Origin: a virus
Length of the DNA stretch: 64,000 nt
Reading direction: 5' to 3' (one strand)
Virus record (IMG/VR): IMGVR_UViG_3300027714_000001
Location: 32,001-96,000 of that record
The notes beneath the pieces are model-generated. The model did not search any database and was not told the origin of the DNA. It saw nothing but the letters and a program-made list of their open reading frames with translations. How positions within the stretch are numbered: position 1 is the first letter of the stretch; every line of letters starts with the position of its first letter. This document shows positions 54,351-64,000 of the stretch, in pieces. The position numbers and the translations under genes are program-made.

Positions 54351-54471
54351 CTTTGCAGTAGCCTGAGCCAGGACATTAGCGAACTGCAGGTAGTTTAACG
54401 AAGTTCGCTTAAAATTTTTACTTGACAGGATATTTCTGGAGATGTATAATGCAAGTATAGAGGAGAAATAC

Positions 54472-54936
54472 ATGGACAACGAAATAACCGTGATAAGCCC
54501 CGAGGGGTTGGAGATAGCACACTGTTATCTGCAAAATAATAGTGACTCGGTTAAGACTGCCGAATTACTTAATATAGACATTACAGAAGTCGACAGATAC
54601 TTGTGCAAGCGGGAAGTACGAGGATACATTGATAGACTATTTAACGAATCGGGCTTCCGAAATCGTGATAAGATGGCCAATGTTTGGGACGCAATCCTAG
54701 CAGCCAAGTTGGAAGAAATGGACGATACAGGTATGGGCTCGTCAAAAGATATTGTAGAGATAATGGAGAAGATTCATAAATTTAACCTAGACCAAATGAA
54801 TATGCAACTAAAAATACTAGAACTGGAGAAATCCAAGGAGCCCGCAGTGGTGGTCAATACGCAGAACAACTACGGTGGGGCAAATTATAACAGTTTAATG
54901 GAAAAGATATTAGCAGGTAAAAATGGAGATAAGTAG
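54472..54936 (+). CDS. terS: Terminase small subunit
   Basis: T5-like ISPEGLEIA..YL and SSKDI motifs; promoter and GAGGAG SD upstream; precedes terL. Confidence 0.85.
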   Translation: MDNEITVISPEGLEIAHCYLQNNSDSVKTAELLNIDITEVDRYLCKREVRGYIDRLFNESGFRNRDKMANVWDAILAAKLEEMDDTGMGSSKDIVEIMEKIHKFNLDQMNMQLKILELEKSKEPAVVVNTQNNYGGANYNSLMEKILAGKNGDK

Positions 54937-56215
54937 ACCGTACTTAAATTGTGAAAACATTATAGACTTCCCCGTAGCGGAGCGTTTTCTAAAGCTACCC
55001 GTTGAGAACTTCCTAGAACTAAAAGGCATAGAACCTATAGCGCCCCAGATTGGATTGATAAACGCTATAAACGACCCTATACATAGATTTGTAGTCGCCT
55101 GTCTATCTCGTAGAACAGGTAAGACATTCATATCTAACACTCTAGCGTTCTTGAAAGCTATGGAACCAAAGTCAAAAGTACTGATAGTATCGCCTAACTT
55201 CTCATTAACAAACATATCTTGGAATGAGCAGATAACTATGCTTAAAGATCACAACATTGAGATAGAGTCTAAGAACAAGGCCTTGCGTGAGATACACCTA
55301 ACAAATGGTTCTATGATAAAGTTTGGGTCATACAATAATCCAGATTCATTAGTAGGACATTCGTACGACTTGATACTAGTGGACGAAGCAGCCCTAGAGA
55401 ACAAAGGGGCAGATGTATTCAACGTACAGCTACAGCCTACTCTAGACAAAGCAAACTCTAAATGTATCTTCATAAGTACACCACGAGGTTTGAATTACTT
55501 TTATGACTTTTACATGCGAGGGTTTAGCGATGACTACCCTTCTTGGATAAGCATACATTCTACCTACCGTGACAACCCCAGAAGTGTTTCGAGTGTTATT
55601 GAAGAAGCTCGTAAGAGTATGAGTAAGGCTGAATTTAAGCAAGAGTACGAAGCAGACTTTGCAACGTTTGAAGGACAGATATACGAAGGGTTTGACGAGG
55701 ATAAGCATGTACGCGACCTTAGTGACATGGAGTTTCCTGAGCACAGATTTGAAGCTATAATGGGTATTGACCCCGGCTACAAGGACGATACAGGGGCTGT
55801 AATATTCCAATACGATATGGATGAAGACAAATTTTACTTAATGTGGGATTACCAAGAAAAAGAACGAAATACAGAGCAGCACGCACTAGAATTTTATAAC
55901 CGCATGGAAGGCTGGAATGTAGACATAGTGTTCTGCGACAGCGCGGCAGCCCAATTCAGGCAAGACTTAGCTTCCTTATACGACATTCCTAGCAACAAAG
56001 CTAACAAGAGTGTACTTGACGGACTAGGGTATGTACAAGCCTTGATAGACAACGACAAGCTAATAGTAGATATTAACTGTACTCATGTCATCATGATGCT
56101 CCTCAACTATCGTTGGGACCCTAACCCAATGCTTGCAAAACCCAAACCGAAGCACGATCAGTTCTCGCACGTTGCGGATGCCCTGAGATATGCACTATAC
56201 AGCTATACTCGTTAG
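54923..56215 (+). CDS. terL: Terminase large subunit
   Basis: SRRTGKT Walker A, LVDEAA Walker B, ISTPRG, GIDPG and HVADALRY nuclease motifs. Confidence 0.97.
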   Translation: MEISRPYLNCENIIDFPVAERFLKLPVENFLELKGIEPIAPQIGLINAINDPIHRFVVACLSRRTGKTFISNTLAFLKAMEPKSKVLIVSPNFSLTNISWNEQITMLKDHNIEIESKNKALREIHLTNGSMIKFGSYNNPDSLVGHSYDLILVDEAALENKGADVFNVQLQPTLDKANSKCIFISTPRGLNYFYDFYMRGFSDDYPSWISIHSTYRDNPRSVSSVIEEARKSMSKAEFKQEYEADFATFEGQIYEGFDEDKHVRDLSDMEFPEHRFEAIMGIDPGYKDDTGAVIFQYDMDEDKFYLMWDYQEKERNTEQHALEFYNRMEGWNVDIVFCDSAAAQFRQDLASLYDIPSNKANKSVLDGLGYVQALIDNDKLIVDINCTHVIMMLLNYRWDPNPMLAKPKPKHDQFSHVADALRYALYSYTR

Positions 56216-56326
56216 AGTGCTAATATAATAAACCACTTTACATTTATGAAATCAAATAGTATAATGTACATATGTTGAGTGGAAAGTTGATAGCTTTACA
56301 CCCATACCAAGAAAGCGAGGATTTTA

Positions 56327-56788
56327 ATGGCCGCTAATACAAACAAAAGAGTAGCGACAAAGCACATTCGAGACGGAATAAAGTCTAACTACAAAAAGAA
56401 GTGTGAATGTGAGATTTGTGGAACTGACTCTGAACTAGAGATACATCATTACACAACCGTGTCGTTACTACTGAAAAAATATTGCATGGAAAACAAGATA
56501 CTCATAGTTACAGACGAACAAGTTTTAGCTATGAGAGAAGATTTCTATACAGCACACTGGGACGAACTAGTTGAACAAACAGTCACCCTTTGCGCTACGC
56601 ACCACAAATTACTGCATAAGATATACGGGCGAGAGCCTACACTAGCTTCTGCTGAAAAACAGGTTACTTGGGTGTTAAAATTGCATGGACGAACTCACGG
56701 CAAGGATGCTGTACCAACCCGATCAGATACTAGATTTGGAAGTCTCCTCGGAGAAACCTCAAACGATAGGTTTTCTAGATTAAAATAA
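56327..56788 (+). CDS. HNH nicking endonuclease (T5-type, between terL and portal)
   Basis: CEICG...LEIHH...TLC..HH..LH..YG; synteny with T5. Confidence 0.8.
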   Translation: MAANTNKRVATKHIRDGIKSNYKKKCECEICGTDSELEIHHYTTVSLLLKKYCMENKILIVTDEQVLAMREDFYTAHWDELVEQTVTLCATHHKLLHKIYGREPTLASAEKQVTWVLKLHGRTHGKDAVPTRSDTRFGSLLGETSNDRFSRLK

Positions 56789-56798
56789 GGAGCAACGA

Positions 56799-57992
56799 AT
56801 GAAATTATGGGATGAAATACTTGAAAAACTAAATCCTGTACAAGATGAAATGGCTCGTGATGAAGGAACAAGTAAAAGCACTACGCAAACTAAGTTACAT
56901 ACGATACAAAACGCGTATGAACAGATTGAAGTAGTAAACAGAGCCGTTAACTTACTAGTTGACAATGCTGCTCTGATTGACTATGACGTCGGAGCTAGCC
57001 TTAATTTTACTGGTGTAACAACTAAAGTAAGAGGACCTAGACTGGCAGACTTACTAAATAGTCGCCCTAATCCTTACATGGACATTAGCAGTTTTAGGAG
57101 ACTTGTATTAATGGATTTTCTGATAGACGGAAACGCATTTATACACTTTGATGGAACCTCATTTTATCACGTACCTGCAAAAAATATGGAAGTGCTTCCT
57201 AGTGACAAAGGCTTTATTGCTCAATATCTCTATAACGGAACTCATCCTTTTAAATCTAATGAAATAATTTTTATAAGAGACAACAGTACAGAATCAGTAT
57301 TCAGAGGAGACTCTAGAATAAAAAGTGCTGTAGCTTCGCTACTGACCAGAGAGTCTATGATTAACTTTCAAAAGAGTTTCTTTGACAATGGCGCATCTAT
57401 AGGTCTTATAGTAGAAACAGAACAAATCCTAAGCAAGAAACTAAAGGAAAGGCAAGAAAGGGAATGGGTACAGAAGTATAACCCGAAACGGGGGAATGGA
57501 CGTCCTTTAATTTTAGATGCAGGACTTAAAGCTAAATCCTTAGCAAGTTCCGACTTTAGAGAAATGGCATTCACAGAGTCTATCACTAACTTGGAAGACA
57601 AGGTCTGCTACGCCCTAGGAATACCTCCTTTACTACTTAACTCTGGAAATAACGCTAACATAAAACCCAACCTAGAGTTAATGTTCTACACTACGGTTAT
57701 TCCTATGCTGCGTAAGTTTGAGTCAGCATTAGAGATGTTTTTTGCGTATGATATAGAACTAACTACACATAGAGTGCCCGCACTACTGCCTGACCTAAAA
57801 GCACAAGCAGATAGAATTACCGCACTAGTTAATAATGGGATTATAACAGGAAACGAAGGACGTGGTATGATGCGACTTCCTGATATAGACGACCCTCTTA
57901 TGAATAAAATACGCATACCCGCTAACGTCGCAGGATCCGCTTCAGGCGTATCTGGGCAAGAAGGTGGTGCGCCAACAGGAGAAGATACATAA
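56799..57992 (+). CDS. Portal protein (HK97/T5-type)
   Basis: PNPYM, DGNAFI, FFDNGA, LGIPP, GIITGNEGR motifs. Confidence 0.95.
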   Translation: MKLWDEILEKLNPVQDEMARDEGTSKSTTQTKLHTIQNAYEQIEVVNRAVNLLVDNAALIDYDVGASLNFTGVTTKVRGPRLADLLNSRPNPYMDISSFRRLVLMDFLIDGNAFIHFDGTSFYHVPAKNMEVLPSDKGFIAQYLYNGTHPFKSNEIIFIRDNSTESVFRGDSRIKSAVASLLTRESMINFQKSFFDNGASIGLIVETEQILSKKLKERQEREWVQKYNPKRGNGRPLILDAGLKAKSLASSDFREMAFTESITNLEDKVCYALGIPPLLLNSGNNANIKPNLELMFYTTVIPMLRKFESALEMFFAYDIELTTHRVPALLPDLKAQADRITALVNNGIITGNEGRGMMRLPDIDDPLMNKIRIPANVAGSASGVSGQEGGAPTGEDT

Positions 57993-58229
57993 TGCAAAAG
58001 ATTATAGAGCAAGTTTATGCAGTCTACGGTAATGAGTTACCTAGTAGAGTAGTATATAACGCTATGACTAATAAGCCCCTATCTGTTAGAAACATCATAA
58101 GAAAGTTTAAGAGATGGGAAAGATTTGAAGCAGCGTACAGAGAACATTGTATGGCTATTAGAAAATCAGAGGAAGCTGCTAAGGTAGTAACTAAACCTAT
58201 TGTGGCTAAAGTAACTAAGCAGAAAAGTA

Positions 58230-60209
58230 ATGAAATATAATACTAAGTTATTAGCTAAATTACAAGTAGTTAAAGATCATGAAGAAGATGAAGACGAGTT
58301 AGTTATCGAAGGATACGCTAATACCGTAACTAAAGATAGAGCAGGAGATGTTATACTACGCTCAGCGTGGGAAACAAAAACCGCTATGTCTAACTTCTTA
58401 AAAAATCCTATTATACTAGGCTACCACGATCATTCAAACCCTATAGGGGTTATGTTAGGTTATGAAGTTGATGACCTAGGCCTTAAAATTAGGGCTAAGA
58501 TTAGTAAGGGAGCAGGACGAGTATACGATCTAATAAAAGATAAGGTATTAACTACCTTTAGTGTTGGATTCAACATATTAGACGCAGAGTACGATGAAGT
58601 AAAAGACATATTCTTTATTAAGGATGTAGAACTACACGAAATATCTGTTGTATCGGTTCCTTGTAACCAAGACTCAACATTTTCAGTAGCAAAAAGTATG
58701 GACGCTCAAGATTATGAGCAATTCAAAAAAATATTAGCGCCGGAATCAGGCGAAACAAAGGAAGAAAAAATGACACTCGAAGAAATTAAAGCATTGGCAG
58801 CCGAGCTAGCTAAAGCAAACACCCCAGTTAAAGCTGATCCCGTATTCGACGTAGTTGCAGAAGCTACTAAAGCAGCAGCAGCAGCTGTAGCACAAGCAGA
58901 AGCAGTTCGTGTAGCTAAAGAAGACGCAGCAGCAAAATCTGCTACAGACCTAGCTAACAGCAAAGCAGAAGCTAAAGCAAACGCTATGGAAGCAGCTAAA
59001 GATTTAGTTGCAGAATTAGAAACTAAGTTAAGCGCAAAAGATTCAGCATTTGCTGACCTTGTTAAAGCTAACAACGACCAGATCGTTTCTCTTAAAGAAG
59101 AAATTGCTCAAGTAGTTGCATCTCGCTCTAACAACGTAACAGCTATCGCAAAGGGCATTAACGGACCGTCGTATGACGCCAAAGCAATGGGCGATACTGC
59201 AGACAACCTAATGTTCTTAAGCACAATTAAGAAAGTAGATATGTTTGATACCGAATATGGTAAGAGCATCAAAGCTATCAACCAATCTTCTAGCATTGAA
59301 GTATCTGGTGAAGGTTATGAGACTACTTTCTCTACTAACTTATATCGTGACATTCAGGCATTGTTAGTTGTTGCACCCTTATTCAATGAAATGAATATGA
59401 CTTCTGCACAAATGACATTCCCAATCAATCCAAATCGTAGCACAGCTACTTGGATTTCTGCAAGTAACATGGCAGACAACACAGCTAAAGCCCGTACAGG
59501 TGAAGCATTAACTGTTGCGCTTACTGAGATTACACTTAAGACCTTTAAGCTAGCTGCTAAAGTATACTTAACTGAAGAAACTCAAGAAGATGCTATCATG
59601 GCTCTTGTACCTATTTTACGTCAACACCTAGTAGAAGCTCATGCAGCATCAATCGACGCAGCATTCCTAGTTGGTGACGGCGCAAACAAGCCAAAAGGTC
59701 TTGTTACACAAGCCAAAGCAGCAGGCGGATTACAGTCTCTAGCGACAGCAGCAAACACTACTAACGTATTAGTAACTGCAGCAGGTATCTTAGAAGCTCG
59801 TAGAGGTTTAGGTCTATACGGAATTAACCTTTCAGAACTTTATGTTGTTATTTCACAAGACGCTTACTGGGATCTTATCCAAGATGCAGATTGGGCTGAC
59901 GTACAGCAAGTTGGCGTTTCTAACGCAACTAAGCTAGTTGGTGAAGTAGGTAACATTTACGGAATGAGAGTTCTAGTATCTAGCGGTTTTGCTGATAAAA
60001 CATCTGGCGGAACTTACGCAATCCTACTTAACTCAAGCAACTTCGTTGTTCCACGTCAACGTGGCGTAACAGTACGTAGTGACTTTGAAGTAGAGCTAGA
60101 CCGTACAGTATTCGTTGCAACACAGCGTCTAAACTTACAACCTTGGATCGAAGAAACTGCAGGCAGTGGTAACGGTAAAGGTGTAGTAGCAGTTAACTAC
60201 GCAACATAA
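58230..60209 (+). CDS. Prohead protease - major capsid protein fusion
   Basis: HK97 protease motifs (IEGYAN..KDR.GD, HDH, FSVGF, EISVVSVP), Ala-rich delta/scaffold segment, T5 pb8-like capsid domain. Confidence 0.92.
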   Translation: MKYNTKLLAKLQVVKDHEEDEDELVIEGYANTVTKDRAGDVILRSAWETKTAMSNFLKNPIILGYHDHSNPIGVMLGYEVDDLGLKIRAKISKGAGRVYDLIKDKVLTTFSVGFNILDAEYDEVKDIFFIKDVELHEISVVSVPCNQDSTFSVAKSMDAQDYEQFKKILAPESGETKEEKMTLEEIKALAAELAKANTPVKADPVFDVVAEATKAAAAAVAQAEAVRVAKEDAAAKSATDLANSKAEAKANAMEAAKDLVAELETKLSAKDSAFADLVKANNDQIVSLKEEIAQVVASRSNNVTAIAKGINGPSYDAKAMGDTADNLMFLSTIKKVDMFDTEYGKSIKAINQSSSIEVSGEGYETTFSTNLYRDIQALLVVAPLFNEMNMTSAQMTFPINPNRSTATWISASNMADNTAKARTGEALTVALTEITLKTFKLAAKVYLTEETQEDAIMALVPILRQHLVEAHAASIDAAFLVGDGANKPKGLVTQAKAAGGLQSLATAANTTNVLVTAAGILEARRGLGLYGINLSELYVVISQDAYWDLIQDADWADVQQVGVSNATKLVGEVGNIYGMRVLVSSGFADKTSGGTYAILLNSSNFVVPRQRGVTVRSDFEVELDRTVFVATQRLNLQPWIEETAGSGNGKGVVAVNYAT

Positions 60210-60221
60210 TATAGCATAATA

Positions 60222-60254
60222 AAAAGCCCTTCCCTTTTAGGGCGGGGCTTTTTT
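60222..60254 (+). terminator. Terminator after the capsid gene
   Basis: AAAGCCCTTCCCT-TTT-AGGGCGGGGCTTTTTT. Confidence 0.8.
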
Positions 60255-60270
60255 GTATAAGGAGAAATAA

Positions 60271-60792
60271 ATGGCGTTAATTACTTTAGAAGGCTACAAA
60301 AGTTATAAAGATATAAAAAGCCCAAATAGTGACGCAGCCTTAGAACCTATAGTTGATTTTGTAAACACCTTTGTAGAGACTTATTGTAACATAAAATTTA
60401 GTGTAGTTAATGTTGTAAACAAAAAACTAACTTGCTACGATGGACTAGAGATACTACTGCCTACGCCAGGGATAACCTCTTTAGATAGGATTTCTGTTTT
60501 AGGAGAAGACATATCTGCGGCAGATTATGAAGTAGACTTAGACATTGGCCTAGTAGAAGCTGTAGGCAGATTTCCTATGGGACGTAACAATATAGAGGTA
60601 GACTACACTTACGGGTATGAAAATTCGCCTGCGGACTTGGTAATTTCAGCTTATGAGCTTGTATCTTATTTTAAGAAAGGTAACTTTAGCACCTCAAAAA
60701 CCTATAGTAACGGAGAGAGCAGTACTAGTGCAGAGCCTACGTTAATACCCCCACAAATACGTTTAATGCTAGATTTATATAAGGTCTTATAA
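60271..60792 (+). CDS. Head-tail adaptor / head completion protein
   Basis: VDYTYGY...PADL and IP..I..ML..Y pattern; synteny. Confidence 0.8.
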   Translation: MALITLEGYKSYKDIKSPNSDAALEPIVDFVNTFVETYCNIKFSVVNVVNKKLTCYDGLEILLPTPGITSLDRISVLGEDISAADYEVDLDIGLVEAVGRFPMGRNNIEVDYTYGYENSPADLVISAYELVSYFKKGNFSTSKTYSNGESSTSAEPTLIPPQIRLMLDLYKVL

Positions 60793-61448
60793 TGGATTTT
60801 AAAACAATACTAGAACAAGCACTAGTAAACGTACAGGGAATAAAATTAGCTGCGGATGTACAAACAGACCTAACTCAAAAAGGTGGAAGTCTGTTTGGAT
60901 CTTTTAAAGTTCGTATGGAAAAGGAAGGAGAATTAGCCGAAGGAGTAGAAAAAGCAGCATTTGATGCAGCAGTATTACGGCTAGAAGGACTATTAGACGC
61001 AAAACTTCTAGAAGATCCTTTAGGCAATAAGTTCTTTTCGGGCAATAAAAAGATAAAGAAAGCAACAAAGTCTAAAGTACCTGTAAAACCTTTTGGGCTA
61101 AGAGACAGAGGAGGAAGAATGCTCTCCGAGCAATCTCTAGTAAGAATACTTAATGTTAGACTTTTTGAACAGATAAAAGAAAGGATGGACGCTCCTGCTC
61201 TAGTATTTAGGACTGGAAGATTTGCTAGCAGCGCCAAAGTATCTAGTTTTACTTTGTCGGATAATAGAAATCCTGCAACCGCCTCTGTTTTCTTTAACTA
61301 CATGCTTTATCCTTATCAAGTATTTGAGAAGCATCCAACAAGAGATCCTCGTATTATAATTAAAAATGCACTACTAGCAACTTTGGAAAACTCTTTAAAT
61401 GACGCTTCGTTTCAACAAACCATATTTAATATAGGAGGTCCTGCATGA
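60792..61448 (+). CDS. Tail completion / neck protein (T5 p143-like)
   Basis: L.FRTGRFA.S, YM.YPYQVFE, RDPR motifs; synteny. Confidence 0.75.
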   Translation: MDFKTILEQALVNVQGIKLAADVQTDLTQKGGSLFGSFKVRMEKEGELAEGVEKAAFDAAVLRLEGLLDAKLLEDPLGNKFFSGNKKIKKATKSKVPVKPFGLRDRGGRMLSEQSLVRILNVRLFEQIKERMDAPALVFRTGRFASSAKVSSFTLSDNRNPATASVFFNYMLYPYQVFEKHPTRDPRIIIKNALLATLENSLNDASFQQTIFNIGGPA

Positions 61449-61918
61449 GCGCAAGGTCTGGAATAGTAAAAGCAATATCTGAGAAAATAGCAGAGTTATT
61501 TATAGGGGACGGAGACTACATGAGTAACCTACACGGTAATGTTAGTAATAGGGTAAAACATTTTAGTGATGTAGAAGACTTTCCCTTTATTAGTGTAACC
61601 CCTGGAGCGGAGATTAGAGAGGATTTACCTTCTGACTTTACTTGGGCTACTTTAACCGTCAACATAACACTATATGTTAAATCAGAAGAAAACTCACAGG
61701 AAGAATTAGAATCCTTAATAACGGATGTAGAAAATTTCCTTGACACACATTTACAATTACCGTATAATGTAAATACATCGGAAGGAGTAATTACTTCTAA
61801 AATCACAAATAGCACACTAGTTTCCATAAATACGGATGAAGGGATTCTTGATCCAATGGCACTAGGCCAATTAGTAGTAAACGTACAGTACGAGAAAGTA
61901 CGCCGAACCAGAACATAA
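61445..61918 (+). CDS. Tail terminator (T5 p142-like)
   Basis: RS.I..A, DFP.I.V..G.E.R, TDEG.L.P motifs. Confidence 0.8.
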   Translation: MSARSGIVKAISEKIAELFIGDGDYMSNLHGNVSNRVKHFSDVEDFPFISVTPGAEIREDLPSDFTWATLTVNITLYVKSEENSQEELESLITDVENFLDTHLQLPYNVNTSEGVITSKITNSTLVSINTDEGILDPMALGQLVVNVQYEKVRRTRT

Positions 61919-61935
61919 TTTAGGAGAATTATAAA

Positions 61936-63090
61936 ATGTCGATTAATTTATCACGTAATACCAGACTTTGGATTAGTACAATAGATAAGGACGGTACACA
62001 CACCGCTGCCAACACTTTTGAACTACCTGTACAAGAAGGGTATTCACTATCACAATCAGTTTCCACTGTAGACGTATCTGTTGAAGAAGCAGGCGTAGCA
62101 CCTATACGTGGAAGTAAAAGATTTAACTCTGCACTGGACCCAGTAGACTGGAGCATTGCAACATACATTACGCCGTACCTCGACAGTAGCGATCACTTTA
62201 CAGTAGATATGCTATTATGGCACGCACTAGCAAGCTCTAGAGATAACGAGCCAGACTTTGATAACACTGGAGGAGACTCTAAAGTTAAAGGAGATGCTGA
62301 TAGCTTTACTGTAGATTTTAGTAACAACGCTGCTCACGTACTTACAGAGCTTTACTTATACTTTAAAATAGATAATCAGTTCTACTACATAAACAAATGT
62401 CAAGTTAGTCAAGCAGAAATCTCTATTGATATAACAGACATTGCTATGGTTAGTTGGTCTGGTCAAGGATTAAGCTACGCACCTATTAGTAACCCTAGCT
62501 TCTTTACTACGGGAACTGCCGCAGTCTACGACAGTGGTTCAGTAGACTCTGGGTACGTAAAAATACCTACTAACAAAGATTACTTAGTAAATAAGCTTAC
62601 TATTATGACAATGAAAGCTGATGTTGCTCCAGGGGGTTCTTCAAATAATTCGTATAACATACCTATTACTAGTGGAAGCATTACTATCAACAACAACATT
62701 ACCTACTTAACTCCAAATACACTAGCAGAAGTAGATTCCCCAATTGGTTCTTTTGCAGGTTCTTTTGAAGTTACGGGCACTATTGAAGCATACCTTAAAG
62801 GTGTTACTGGGGGTAACGGAAACACTACCCCCTACGGAACAGCTGACTTACTAGATCATATGCTTGCAGATGTACAGGGTTCTGTTACTAACGCAGCAGA
62901 AATTGTATTTAAAGTTGGCGGAGCAACAGGCGCAAGAGCAGAATTTACTATACCTCTAGCTCACTTGTCTGTACCTGATATTTCTGTAGATGATGTAGTA
63001 TCTACCTCTATTGAGTTTAAGGGCATGCCTAGTTCTGCTGACTTAGCTAGTGGTACTGAAATTTCTGTAATGATGAAAGCTAAGGCTTAA
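61936..63090 (+). CDS. Major tail tube protein (T5 pb6-like, apparently without the C-terminal Ig domain)
   Basis: MSINLSRNTR, RGSKRFN..L.P.DWS, INNNITYLTP motifs. Confidence 0.9.
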   Translation: MSINLSRNTRLWISTIDKDGTHTAANTFELPVQEGYSLSQSVSTVDVSVEEAGVAPIRGSKRFNSALDPVDWSIATYITPYLDSSDHFTVDMLLWHALASSRDNEPDFDNTGGDSKVKGDADSFTVDFSNNAAHVLTELYLYFKIDNQFYYINKCQVSQAEISIDITDIAMVSWSGQGLSYAPISNPSFFTTGTAAVYDSGSVDSGYVKIPTNKDYLVNKLTIMTMKADVAPGGSSNNSYNIPITSGSITINNNITYLTPNTLAEVDSPIGSFAGSFEVTGTIEAYLKGVTGGNGNTTPYGTADLLDHMLADVQGSVTNAAEIVFKVGGATGARAEFTIPLAHLSVPDISVDDVVSTSIEFKGMPSSADLASGTEISVMMKAKA

Positions 63091-63096
63091 TAACTT

Positions 63097-63969
63097 ATGG
63101 GTATAGTCTTTAAACAAGGTTCTGTACTCTATATCGCAACGGATACCCACAAGTACAAGCTGCTTGTGGGAGAAGTTAGTGCTTCTCAGACATTTATAGG
63201 GAACACTCAAAGAGTAAAGACCATACAAAACACTGAGTTAGTAGACAGAACTTTTGTTAATGAAAAAGGTGCTGCTTCTCTTAATTTTACTTCGTATATA
63301 GGAAGACAATCTCCAGACACAGAGATAGTAAAATGGTTTGATATGCCAAAAATATCTGATAACAAATACCTTGTGTCTACTAGTTTAACTATTCCTAGTA
63401 AAAGAAACATATACATAAAACATGGAAGCACTATATATAAGCTACCTGATATGTGTGGTACTAATTTATCTTTTGTACTATCACACACAGAAGTACTTGC
63501 TGTTAGAGTAACATGTACTGGACCAGACCTAATTGACATTAGTGAAAATGAATCTGAGGTAGCTGACTTTAATGGATTGATTGAAAATATTCAAGACCCT
63601 CAAGATTTTTCTACAAATAGTGTTAGGGTTACAAACTATAGTAATATTTTAGGATTGTCGCTAGAGCTTACTAGAGAAATAAGTTGGCTAAAGCAAAAGT
63701 CTATGTTTGACTTAGGATCTATATATAAGGTAACAAACCCTATAATAACCTCTATGTCAATATCAGGCGCAATAACACAAACAAAATTAAATAATAATAA
63801 TAATCAATACACCCCAAGCTCAGACGTACAAATAAAATATGGAGACACTTTTAAGGTAAACTTAAATGGGTGTAGCCTAACAGAGCGATTTGACTTAGGA
63901 AACTTTCACAGAGTTGTAACAGATTACGCACTACTGCCTAATACTGACAACTCATACATACAATTCTAG
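63097..63969 (+). CDS. Minor tail / baseplate tube protein (T5 p140-like)
   Basis: Follows the tail tube gene; 'SASQTF...KTI' motif; synteny. Confidence 0.65.
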   Translation: MGIVFKQGSVLYIATDTHKYKLLVGEVSASQTFIGNTQRVKTIQNTELVDRTFVNEKGAASLNFTSYIGRQSPDTEIVKWFDMPKISDNKYLVSTSLTIPSKRNIYIKHGSTIYKLPDMCGTNLSFVLSHTEVLAVRVTCTGPDLIDISENESEVADFNGLIENIQDPQDFSTNSVRVTNYSNILGLSLELTREISWLKQKSMFDLGSIYKVTNPIITSMSISGAITQTKLNNNNNQYTPSSDVQIKYGDTFKVNLNGCSLTERFDLGNFHRVVTDYALLPNTDNSYIQF

Positions 63970-64000
63970 AGGAAACAGAATTATGAACTTAAAAGATATA

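Noticed and set aside
1-64000. Genome-wide TAG recoding
   Set aside because: Core genes are full length in code 11, and TAG ends terL at its expected C-terminus.

Overview
A 64-kb segment of a lytic T5-like siphovirus (Demerecviridae-type), AT-rich and probably infecting a gammaproteobacterium; there is no integrase or repressor. Left to right: (1) 1-6.8 kb, nucleotide metabolism (dNMP kinase, phoH, nrdA, glutaredoxin-nrdB fusion, DHFR, thyA). (2) 6.9-27.3 kb, an RNA-rich region with about 26 tRNA genes covering all 20 amino acids, several aberrant tRNA-like RNAs, a probable GOLLD-type giant ncRNA with an embedded tRNA-like module, and a family of small RNAs closed by long terminal helices, driven by repeated T5-type promoters. 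(3) 28-43.7 kb, lysis genes, ClpP, a Prs-like/Nampt-like pair (NARP1-type NAD+ anti-defence), dUTPase and many small ORFs. (4) 43.7-54.4 kb, a probable collapsed long terminal repeat / pre-early region with two A2-like paralogs and no A1. It is flanked by inverted arrays of a shared 14-bp motif and carries matches to host regulator sites (a sigma54 + IHF + NtrC-type enhancer module, DnaA boxes, Fur- and FadR-like boxes, -35/GCGCGC dyads). (5) 54.4-64 kb, terminase, nicking HNH, portal, protease-capsid fusion, neck and tail genes. The most novel-looking signals are the host-regulator site array in the putative first-injected DNA and the ncRNA/tRNA-mimic island. All calls are by eye; no searches were run.
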